Shown here one piece after another: positions 1-13,930 of a stretch of DNA of 64,000 nt (the stretch's first letter is position 1; the number at the start of each line of letters is the position of its first letter). The notes under the pieces are model-generated. The model was given only the letters and a program-made list of their open reading frames with translations, was not told the origin of the DNA and made no database searches. Position numbers and translations under genes: made by a program. The stretch comes from the human T2T-CHM13v2.0 reference genome, Homo sapiens: NCBI RefSeq assembly GCF_009914755.1, contig NC_060933.1. The stretch is one strand, 5' to 3'.

Positions 1-2269
1 TTTCTAGCCCAGTGCTGCTCATCCTTTCCAAATTAATACCCAGCAATTTTCTAACTCAGCAAGAGGAATTGTAGTGTTGGCATTGCCCCTTTCATGTGGG
101 TGATCAAGTATGCTGGGGTGTATTAACCTTTGGATCTGAAGGGTGAGGAGTGTCCACATGGTGGGTGCTGAACTTACTGATAAAGGAGGAACCTGCCAGT
201 GGGCAGAGCCCAGGCCATCTATGGTACAATGATTGATATAGGCTCACTGGCCTGTGATGTTTTCTCTCTCAGTAGTGTCTTTAAGAAATATTAAATGATC
301 ATGAATATAAAGCCGTTATTTTTATTTTTTTGCCAATTAAAATTATGTAAAATTCCACTTTTTCTTTTGCCAAGCCCTCTCTGAAAAGTTTACATTTTTA
401 GTTTTAGTTCAGAAAATCCTAGAAAAAGCAAGCTATACCATAGATCTCAGACTCCTTCTTGAGTGGGTTCACTCCTCTGAGATTAGCATATCTGATTTCC
501 TAGGTGAACTTGATATCCAAGAAAAGAATTCAAAGTGTGCCAACTGTGTTTGGGAGCATGTTGAGGTGCATATATTTGCTGAGTTTCTGTAGGCAATGCT
601 GGGAGGAGTGAGAACCCACAGCTCCTGGGCAGGGTCACCCTGTACAAGGAGGCCAAGGGAACACAGTGTCTAGTAAAGCCTTCTTTTCAGCATCCTATGG
701 GGAACCAGCCTTGATGCGAATCTTATGAGCATCGCAGAGGACAGACAAGTACTCCTCTGGCTCACCTTCTACAACTCGTTCCTTCATTTTCCATTCAAAG
801 GTCCATGTTTCCAAACTGGCTAATTGAATGGAGTCAAAATTTCTATAGATCTTTATGCTTTAGAGAGCCGTTTTAAAAACAAGAGTTGGCATTCATACGT
901 GGCATTCTTCCAAGCCTGCATCTACGTGCTTCATAAAGTCAGGAGATATCAAGGAGCTGATATTCTTGAGCACTTTGTGACAGACACACATGTTGACCAA
1001 TATCTCATATAAGTCTTTTAATGGAGAGAGTAACACATGTTCTTTAAAAACATCATACAGCACTTCTTTACTGGGCTTGGTAAGTGCAGATGAGTTAGAA
1101 CGGCAAGGTTAGCCAAAATGAATAATTATTTTCTGACTCAATGTTTATTCTCTTAATTATCTTGATAACTTTGAAAAAACCATAGTTTGGAGTATGAATT
1201 ATTCAAATGTAGTTCAAAGTCCATTGTGACAAGTAATAAAATACATTCAAAATATTGTTTACTAGAGTGTTCCAAGCCCGCTGAACCTCTATGCATTATC
1301 AGCTACAAAGCTGCAGAGCATGGCCAGCCCTTTGGGGTGGAGATGCAGCCAGAGAGTGGTTTGGAGAAACTAATTAGAATGTGACTTCAGAGAAAAGGGG
1401 CTGAAATATTTCCAAACAGAGAATTTGATGAGTCCTTTGCTTTCCCTGGGGTGGGGGTTATGTATGTTTCTGCATGAATCTCGAAATATTTGCCAGTATG
1501 GAAAATTTTCCCAATGAGAGGAGATAAAACAAATCTCTGACTAATAAGACTGTCTGGGACCTTTAACAATAAAACTCCAGGATGGGGAGGGGACAACAAG
1601 GGTAGGAATGAAAGTTCAGATTAGGCTTAGGGTATATGTCGTATGTCTCTGTTGGATGATGAACGTGTAATCAGGAAGTCACGTCTCACCAGGAATTCAG
1701 TGGCAGTAGTCAATGACTGATATAAAAAATTGCAGATGGAAATAAATACTTATTGGCAATTTTGTAAGTTCTGAATCATAGTCTGTTCAACGAACAAACA
1801 AGTGCTTTGGCATCTCCGGCTCCTAGAACAGTGCCCAAGACATTGTAGGTTTATAATAAATAGGTAGTAAACTGAATGAACAAAAGAATGGATGATCTTA
1901 TCTACTTTGCCTGTCATCTTACTGTAGCTTTGGGAAGAAAATACATCTCTACTTCATTGAGCTTCAGGCATCTCTAGTATTTGCCTATGATTCTGGTAGG
2001 AGCAAAAGGTTGGTTATCTTTCCTTTTGAATTGCATATTAGCTATGCCCATTGCCATGTCTGTTCAGTGTTGGGTTTGAAGCTTTTTCTCTTGCTCTTTC
2101 TGTCCCACCTCCTAAGTAATTTGTGTTTTGAGAATTCTCCTGTCTGGTTTTGTAACTTGGGTTTCAGGTATGCTAAAGCTTTATGTTTTGTATTATGAGA
2201 GAATAATTTCTCACAAGGCCTAATGCTGAAGTTTTAATGGAAATATACATATTTCTCTCATTGAATTTA

Positions 2270-2430
2270 CACAATAGTCATATGGTGGGTATTCTTGTTA
2301 CTTTAATCACACAGAAGGAAAACAGTAAGGCACTGAGAAGTTAGGCAACTTGCCCAAGAACATACAACTACTAGGCAGGAGAGCTAGGAGTTGAACCTAG
2401 ATACCCAAACCCTAGCATCGGCTTTTAATG
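2270..2430 (-). mobile_element. MIR fragment
   Basis: ggcactgagaagttaggcaacttgcccaagaacatacaacta...gagctaggagttgaacctag resembles the MIR core. Confidence 0.6.
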
Positions 2431-2997
2431 CACACACTGAATTCGTGCCCGTCTCTCTGTCTAGCCATCAAGCCAGGCTTCTTTCATGCTCCCACCAACA
2501 CACACACACACACTGACCCACAATGGATTTGAGGCAGTTTACGTTGGAAATGCAGCCAGTTTAACTGATGAGATGGGTATCTGCAACTTTCTCATTTTCC
2601 CTGTCATTTAAATCCTGAAATTTCTTTCCATACTATAAAACACTGTTTAGATTCAAAATTGACAACAAGGGAGAGTATGATTCCAAATGGTAAAGGCCAG
2701 GCCAGAGTCTCAAGTCCTTCATCTTTGATGGAGAGCCACCCCTTGGCCACTGCCAAGGGCCAAGGTGATTTGGAAGGTGATGGTAGCAAGTTACCAGGCG
2801 GTCTTTTATTTGTGGCTTTGCTCAGCTTAGTTTTTCTCAAATATGCAAGAAAGCTGGAGGACACCACTGTTGGAGGAGATCTGTATCTATTTATCCTTAA
2901 CCCCATGTCCGGTAGCAAGCCACTTGGCTGTTGGCAGTTGTCAGCAAGCAAAAGCTCTTGGACCTGTGTTTTTCACTGTGTCATCTCTTTTGTTCTA

Positions 2998-3030
<33 letters not shown>

Positions 3031-3047
3031 CGCGCGCATGTGTGCAT
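2998..3047. repeat. (TG)n(CG)7 compound alternating purine-pyrimidine tract
   Basis: Read directly from sequence. Confidence 0.95.
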
Positions 3048-3070
3048 TATAATAACTAGAAATACTTTCT

Positions 3071-3386
<316 letters not shown>

Positions 3387-3389
3387 TAA

Positions 3390-3514
3390 GAATCAAATCC
3401 CTGCATCCAAACTGGTATCTATCAAATCTGAGTGGCTAGAGGTGAGGCCAAATAATCTGCATTGTTAAAAAGTCCCCAGACGATTAGGATAAATGTAAGA
3501 GTTTGGGGATCACT
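3390..3514. mobile_element. MER5-like hAT DNA transposon fragment
   Basis: aatctgcattgttaaaaagtccccagacgat...gtttggggatcactg resembles the MER5 terminus. Confidence 0.55.
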
Positions 3515-6049
3515 GTTCCAGGTTAGACCCATTGTGGAAGGTTCTCATCCAGAAGGACCATGAAGCTGGGTAAGGTGACGTGAGGTGGCAAGCTCCCTGA
3601 GGACAGGCTTGTACCTTGGTTGCTGGTAAGTTTTTTTCCTAGCCTTCCCAGCTTTGCTGATACATGGTTACCCTTCCTGGTTGCAGTACAATTCTTTTAG
3701 GTTTTAAAACATGGAACTGTTTCACTCATGCGGGTTTAGGGCACAGGGATTGTGGTTTTGAGGGTATAGTAGCACAGGAGTTGAAAAGGCATTTAAGGGA
3801 TAGTCTTGTCATTCTAATGACAAGCGCAATGTCTCCATGAGGCCATGGTTCTTGTTTTTGCATAATCAACATGGAACTTGATCCATTCATGAGTTTAGGA
3901 TTCTCTGTGCACCAACAATACACCTGACATGGGTCACCAAATAGCGGATGAGAAGAATCTACTGATTGATATTTTCACAAACACTTCATAAAGTTGCTAA
4001 AATGCCAAAACTCCTAAGCTTAACTATTTGAAAAGGATTGGCAATTTTTTTAATCTATATAATCAGCAAAATGCAGAAATGCCCAAAGTGGGTGAGATTA
4101 GGCTCAATCCTTCTAATAATTCGGTATCAAAATAATTAGAAACTGGAGTTGCATCAAAAGTTTTCTCAAAATTCAAGTTCACTAACCTAGTTGACTTTTC
4201 TCAAGAGAAAATATGCTATAATAATGTCAAATTATCAGAATGTTAGTTGTATAATTTAGTACTTAGTATAAGGAATTATTGGGAGATCATTTTATTCCTC
4301 CTTGCAAATTCTAAAGTTTCTTTTGGAATTTCATTTTATGTGATTTGATCTGTACAAAATAATGTAAGAAGAGAATGGGACAGATGGAGAGAAATGATTG
4401 AATCACCGTGTTTCAATGAAAAGTATTCAAATTGCATTTCACTACATAATGAATTCTGCTTCAACTTACTTTGACATAAATAAGATTGGGTAAGAGAAAC
4501 CAGAAGTAAATCAAATAAATTAATAAAACTATCAGAGCTGCTTCAATTTTGGTCCTCAGACATTGTCTGCTTTATTTGTATAATATAACCTGCTCTTATA
4601 AATAAAAACTCTTGCATATAACTCAGTTGAAAACAAAAATTTAAGGAAGAGTTAGAAAATTTGGAGGCCTGATTAGGGCACCTTCTAATTTTACAAATAT
4701 CAATTTTTTTGAAAGTTGAAAAACTGAAATTTGCAACCTAGAAGAGTGACCTTCAACTTTCAACTAGACTTTTTTAAAAAAAGAAGATGGGAGATACAGA
4801 CATGCATGCAACATCGACGATTAGCTGTTCTTCATATTTTCCTAATTATACACATTTACTGAACATGAGGACATTTTTGCATTTTGTCTAGACGAAGGCT
4901 GTGTCTCCACTGGCATAATATATCACGACGTTTGTGAGTCTTGTGCAAAATTGAATTTGCATCTCTGCCGCCGCTTGTAGAGTTCATTATCTTGCAATAC
5001 AACCACTGGGAAAAATACAATTTTCTGTGTTTAATAAAACTGTTGTCTTCTCATAGTGCTTATGATGCTTGAACAATTTGTCAGGCACTATTTATCACAG
5101 ATGCTGAACACTAATTATACTGTGTGTAGTGCCTGTAAGAGTGATTTTAAATATTTTCTTTATTTAATATGTATCAGTGCAACCAGGGTTTTTTGCAACC
5201 ACACTATTATTTGCATTTCTGAGAATCAATGTGTCTTTTCACAATATTAAACATAAAAGAAAAGCCACTAAACTAAGAGTAGAACATGTAAAATATGTAC
5301 TGGATATAGTCAGGAGGCAAGGAAACGGATGGAAAACTCAGTCTCTTTGCTCCCTAGTTAGCCTAGGGCTGTAGAAAGAAGTAGGGCATTGGCCAGTCTG
5401 AAATATGTCTCCAGGTCTAATTAATACTTTATAACTTTCTAGGATAGAGATGATCACTGAGGTCCCTCCAGGCTACTCAGTTCTGCAATCTGTGATTTAA
5501 GTAAATCAGAAGTTATTTAGCATGGCTTCACTAATCAGAAACCTGAAAGACCAGAGGCCTGTTTTCAGATGATCCCTTGAAAATGAGATTCAAATGACCA
5601 ACCACTAAAAGAATCAAGTGCTAAATCACGAGATCGAGACCCTGAAACATAGTCTCCAGCTATTACGTGTTTTTTTGAAGAATGGCTATCATACAAACAC
5701 AATTTCAGCGGGTCTTTATATTAAAGACACCATTTAAATGGGAACTGCATCCGGTGTTCTTTGTATGGTAATAAACTGAGCACATAAAATGAATGTGTAG
5801 CAGAATAGAAGTTATCTATTTTTTTTCTTTTAATAATCCTGAGAAGCATCATGTCGAACACATGGAAAACCCTTAGACTGAAACAATAAACAGAGTTAGT
5901 TTGGGCAACTTTGAAAGAAAAGAAGGTAAGGAAGGGTTATTTCCTATGAGACTTATTGGAACCCAGTATTCAAAATGGTTTTCCTACTGACATCTTGAAG
6001 AATTCTGTGCTTTGTTACTATCATGTTTTCACCAACAAAAGAATTAGCT

Positions 6050-6418
<369 letters not shown>

Positions 6419-8627
6419 TCAAGACTATATACTTTCATAGGTATATGAAATGTGTGACCAGTATAAATATATGTGACCAATGAGACCACTATGAAGAATT
6501 TGTTGTGGACTCAGGTAAAGCAGTGCCACACAAAGAAATTCACCCAAAGAGGAAGTAATGGTTATAACTCTTCATGAGGTTGATGTTGTCTTCCTGTATT
6601 TTTTCCTGGAAGACAACAGTGTAGTTTGGACCATGATCCCATTGGAAGAAGCTTCGAAAGCTTTTGGAGCTGTTGGTCACCTCGCCTCCTTAATGCCCAA
6701 CATTTGATGGTTTGGAGAAATGTAATTGCCACCCAGGCACTGCCTAGGCTTGGGTGTTCAAGTCTAGCCTTAATTATCACCGAAGCTCAGGGCCACTGCC
6801 ATTCTCTGAAGCCCCTGATCTAACCTGGGGCCTCCAACTGTTTCAGATGAGTCTTTGTCTTAGCGACACAGGCACATTCTCTTTTTCTGTTCTGTTGCTG
6901 CAAAGTGGTATCTGAGGCCTGCCACTGGAGTCTGTTCACCTAATGCCGTTCCTTGAATATATTGCATGAGAAGATTCTTTTCTGTTTTTTATCCCACCAT
7001 CTCCTGTTACCTTTATGTCAACACTTTCTCCTTGAGCTGACCCCTCATCAGCTTAAAACCAGTTCTTGCTTCTAGATTTTGCTTAGCTTGTGTTTTCTGG
7101 GCCACCAAATACTTTTCACTGGGTAATGTAAAAGGAGACAGAGCAAGCCAGGAAGCAGATGTCTCTTGGGTGGTGTGTGTCTTTGAGAATTGGAATTTGA
7201 AATCTCTGTATGAAAGGAGCAGTGAATGGGTGTAATTAGTCAGGCTGATGAAGGAGTAAAACCTGGTAAGCAGTTTTTCTTGACTGGCTTAATGAAAAGC
7301 ATTAGCTATCAGTTTCTGTCTAAACGCGCTGAGGGTAAAACAAGTGTGGGGTTTGAACAAAAGATAAGATTCAGCGTGGGCTTGGACTCCGTTCCCAAGA
7401 ATAAGTTTTGCTTGGGCGGAAAGTATGTGGTTCATCCGAAAAAAAAGAAATCAATGATTTGTGGCAGTTCTTCGTGCATTTTATTTCAGGATAATTTATA
7501 ATATTTCAGGAAATGTAAGGGGTTCTCGCAAAGGCCCAAACTGGTGTTTTATAACCAAGTATGAATGTGTTGCTCCTTTTCTTCTCATCCCCTCAAGCCA
7601 GACACTTTCTCTAGGTCAGTTTTCAGGGCCAAGGAATCTTTTGGGGGTTAACTTACGGTTATCTTCCATCAGCTTTTGTCCTTCCCTGTGGCATGGACCT
7701 AGCCTAAGACCTTAAGACCTGCTCACCTCCTAGTGACTAGCAAGAAATTAAGTACCCCCTGGAGGGGAAGATTTCCTGCTCTCAAAGAAATTTTTAAAAT
7801 ATACTCTAACATCACTTATGATGCCTTTAAAGGCCTCGGAGAAAAACGATGTGAGTTTCTAGAAGAAAATGATTTTATATCATTGCTTGACTATGCTAAG
7901 CTGTAGTAAGGATTCTTCATGCAGCAAGACCAAATACCCCAATGATCAGCTCAAGTCCAGAGGGTGGCCCAAGATGCTGTTTCCTTTTTTGACCATCTCT
8001 GCCTCCAGGGACAGCAGATAGACATCTCCAGCAGGACCAGCGGCATCCATTCTCAGCTTGACTTTGTTACATAGATTTCAGCTTTCTGGCTTGGACCCCT
8101 GTGAAAAAATCTCTTAAACTGGGAAACTACAAAAGGGCTGGATCCACATTTTTTTTCCTTAAAGGAAAGATTATTTGTTAACGTTAATTGAGGTTGCAGA
8201 TTATTTTCTTGATGTTGTGGGGACAAAAGTGACACATGATCTTACTTTCTGTCCTATTTGATTAAAATTCAGATAAATGTTACAAGGGATGACAAAACCC
8301 ACTTTTTTTAAAGGTACACAACGTCTGGATAAACTACAGAGTGGAACAGAAAACAAAACAAATCCAGCCTCGTATTTTTTTTCCACATAGTTAATAATGC
8401 AAGAAAAAGCCAGCCAGGACAAAGAAAGCAGAATAAAAATGTGGTTCTTGGGTTCAGATGTTAGAGATGAGCATTGAGAGAACTTAACCAGTTCTGGAAA
8501 GGGAAGGAGAAAGAAAACTTTTTTTGAGACTTGCCATCTGCTAAGTGTTTCCACATACGTTATCTCAGCTAAACTCCACCTTCAGGCAATTTCTTATAGA
8601 TGAGGAAAGGGATGCTTGAAGAGTTTA

Positions 8628-9128
<501 letters not shown>

Positions 9129-9162
9129 TCAACCCATAATAGCAAAAGCGTTGAGTCCATGA

Positions 9163-9586
<424 letters not shown>

Positions 9587-9703
9587 CAATGACAGCAATT
9601 TTTTAAAAAGTGGCTCTTTAAAAACGCTTTTAAAAAATCTTTCTGTAATTCTAAAATACCTTTGATACTTTTAAGTAAGACTCAAAAATACTTTTGTATT
9701 TTA

Positions 9704-10009
9704 TTTTTTATTTATTCATTTATTTTTGATACAGAGTCTCACTCTGTTGCCCAAGCTGGAATGCAATGGTGCAATCTCAGCTCTCTGCAACCTCCACATC
9801 CTGGGTTCAAGTGATTCTCATGCCTCAGCCTCCTGAGTAGATGGGATTCCAGGTGTGCACCACCACACCCAGCTCATTTTTGCATTTTTAGTAGAGACGA
9901 GGTTTCACCCTGTTGGCCAGGCTGGTCTAAAACTCCTGGCCTCAAATGGTCAGCCAAACTTAGCCTCCCAAAGTGCTAGGATTACTGGCATAAGCCACTG
10001 TGCCCGGCC
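9704..10009 (-). mobile_element. Alu (old AluSz-like)
   Basis: Diverged antisense Alu. TSD aata(c/t)ttttgtatttta at 9687-9703 and 10010-10026. Confidence 0.9.
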
Positions 10010-10154
10010 AATATTTTTGTATTTTAAATGTGGACATCACATATCATTGGTGGCATATTCTAAAAGTATAACTTATTCAGTCTTCACTAGGATTTAGTTT
10101 TCAGAAAAAATTGTCCTGACACCACCATCATTATTACCAGTATCGAGACAGTTG

Positions 10155-10270
10155 CCTCATACTTGAGTTTTAATCCTAGCCTCACAGCTTGTACTCTTAT
10201 GTGTCCCTGGGCAAGTCACATAACCTCAATCAGCCTCAGCTTCCATTCTGAAAAATGGTAGTAGCAGCAT
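10155..10270 (+). mobile_element. MIR fragment
   Basis: atcctagcctcacag...ctgggcaagtcacataacctcaatcagcctcagcttcc...aaaatgg. Confidence 0.6.
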
Positions 10271-11261
10271 TATAAAGATATAAATGTCTGCTGTTTGGGG
10301 GCCTTATTAAGAGCCAGCTGCTGCACTTAGCACTTTGCTTACATGAGTAAAATGAGGATAAGTATGCCCAACTTCTTTAGTTCTTTTGCATCTTCAGGGA
10401 TTTCCAATACACATACATCTAGCATGAGGCTTGGCATGTTGTAGTCAGTAGCCATCAGTCCTGCTCTCCTCCCCTTTACTTCCCCCTCCCTCACCTTAGG
10501 TCACACTAGGTCACTAATAACTCAGGACCTCTTGTTAAGGTCTTCAATAAAACATGGTGGTGATGGGTGACAGCAGGTCCATGGGTGTGACTGATCAGTG
10601 CTAATGGCCGTGACCCTTACCGTCCTCATGTGACAGGCTCAGAGCCAGACTGGGGCTAATTGATTCTATTACATTTAGAGATTTAACCTGTAGGGGGTAC
10701 TCAGAATCTTTTTTATGAAGGGGCCATTTGATGAACTGCTGGGGTAAGGATCCATTTCTTAGCCTTGGCTTTAGGTTGCTTGTCCCAGGTAGGGAAAATG
10801 TACATTGGACTTTCTTGATCTTTTCTCATCCTCTAGGATCAGTTATAGCTGACCATTTGAATGAAATCTCCTAGTTACAGAAGCAGTAATTTGAAAGAAA
10901 AGTAATTAAGGGATCTAGAGGAAATTGCGAGATATAAATGAAATTTCCATCTTCCTACTGCCATAATATCTTCAAAGGATCCCATTAGCAATCCCCTTGG
11001 GATGAATGCCATGATTAAAAAATGCTTATCTGTGGTAATGGAACAAAGACGTAGGACACAAGGCTACCCTTGATCATATAACAACAAAGAAATACACCTG
11101 AATCTGGGAGATTATCTTCTTGTGAATTATAAGGAAATGCTTCTCAGTCATCTTCATTGAAGTACTGACTGGCAGACAGAAGTCTGAGACTATAACTCTA
11201 AGGTGCTTTCTTCAATTGTAATATATCTTTGAAATCTCAGATTTTATTTTAAACATATGCT

Positions 11262-12040
<779 letters not shown>

Positions 12041-13064
12041 ACATGGGAATTTTGCACACTCTTCCAGAATACATCTCCTATATGTGTTATAAAAATATAT
12101 TCTCCCAAATAGTCAAGTAAAACGAACTCTTGTATAAGCTGTGGCAATATGCATTCCATGGTTTTGCTTACCTTGGCACACTACTGTGGACATGCCACTA
12201 GGGAAGTAAGTGCCAGGATTTTCTTCTTTTCTCAGCTGAAAGGTTAGGTCTTGGGACCCAGTAGGGCGGATCTGGGACGAGAGTAGAATACAGATGGTTA
12301 GTCCACATATTAATCTCACTTAGTGTGCATGTATGACTGAATCCCAAAGCTAAATACAAGTGATTTTTATTGACGTTCATGTCTATGTTTTCATCCTTTA
12401 CCCACAGAATTAAGTTATAAATTAGAACCTAGAGAAGTATGGGAAAGACCCTGTTTTATTAAGATGTCCAGGGATGTAACTTAATTTGCTTGGCTCAGCT
12501 AATATAGTCTGCTTAATAAAATCTTTACCAGCATGTGTCACACTAAAACTGGTTTTTTTTTTTTAAAGAGGTGAACTTAGGCCGGTATGATATCAAGATG
12601 GATATAGGCTAGGAGAGCTGCAGAGTATGGTTTTAGTAACCCAGTCGGATTTATTTCCCTAAGGGTGGAGGAGTTTTTTCACTGCAATCAGTAACAAGGA
12701 TACTTTGAAATAGCACAGCAGCTGGAAAACAAATCATATATCTAAATGTATCTGCCCTTGTTTCAGGCCAAAGTCTGCAAATTATCCAAAAGACATTTTT
12801 CTTGCTTAAGTTATCTGAGCTCTGCTGCTACACAGGATTGTATATTACACTCACTCCTGTAGGGCCCAGAGAGAGGCCCCAAGCAGTAGGTTCCACATAG
12901 GCAAAGTACAGAAAATATGCACTGCCCTGATTGCCTTAGCTCTGTCTCTCACATCTTAAACCTTCTGTGTGAGAGATTCCATGTGGCACGTCCCCAAAGC
13001 TAACACTGCCAACTCTGAAACCTGACTTCTAAAGAGTAGTATTGAATTTCTGCTTCCCACTCTC

Positions 13065-13930
13065 CATATTTTATTAACAAAAAGCTTCAAACATACAGAA
13101 GAGTTAAAAGAATTATTCAGTGGGCACCCATCTACCCACCTGGATTCTACAATTAAGATTTCCCTGTCAGTGCATCATCAGTCCATCCATTTCTAGAAGC
13201 AATTCAGAATAAGCTGAAGAAAACAGGACACTTCAAGTACAAACTGCAGTTCAATATTTACTGTCCTAGGCTGGGCACAGTGGCTCACGCCTGCAATCCC
13301 AACACTTTGGGAGGCCAAGGCAGGTGGAACACCTGAGGTCCGGAGTTCAGGACCAGCCTGGCCAACATGATGAAACTCCATCTCTACTAAAAAATACAAA
13401 AATTAGCTGGGTGTGGTGGCAGGCACCTGTAATCCCAGCTACTCGGGAGGTTGAGGCAGGAGAATTGCTTGAACTGGGGAGGCGGAAGTTTCAGTGAGCA
13501 GAGATTGCACTACTGCACTCTAGCCTGGGCAACAAGAGCGAAACTCCATCTCAAAAAAAAAAAAAAATTACTGTACTTTCTTCTTTTCTTTTTCTTTCCT
13601 TCCTTCTTTCCTGCCTCCCTCCCTTCCTTTTTTCCTTCTTTCCTTCTCTCTGTCTCTGGTTATAAAAGTTGCATGCAATGAAATACACTAGCCTTACATG
13701 TACTATTCTATGAGCTTGGTGAATACATGTTCCTGTGTAACCATAACCCCTGTCAAGATCCAGAACATTAGTATTACCTCACAAAGGTCTCTCCTATGTC
13801 TTTCCAGTCAATTTCCTCCACTCACCCTCCACCAGAGGCAATCACTGTTCCGACTTTTTTAAACCATAGATTCATTTTGCCTGTTCTAGGGCTTCAAATA
13901 AATGGCATCACACAGTGTATACTCTGTGTG
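13065..13930 (-). mobile_element. Old L1M(E/D) 3'-end fragments interrupted by an Alu and a CT-rich tract
   Basis: ttcaaacatacagaagagttaaaagaat... and ccagaggcaatcactgttc...ttttgcctgttctag...aaatggcatcacacagt are L1M 3' UTR motifs. Confidence 0.6.
13269..13567 (+). mobile_element. Alu (AluSq-like)
   Basis: Full Alu with gcaacaagagcgaaactcc and poly(A). Confidence 0.93.
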
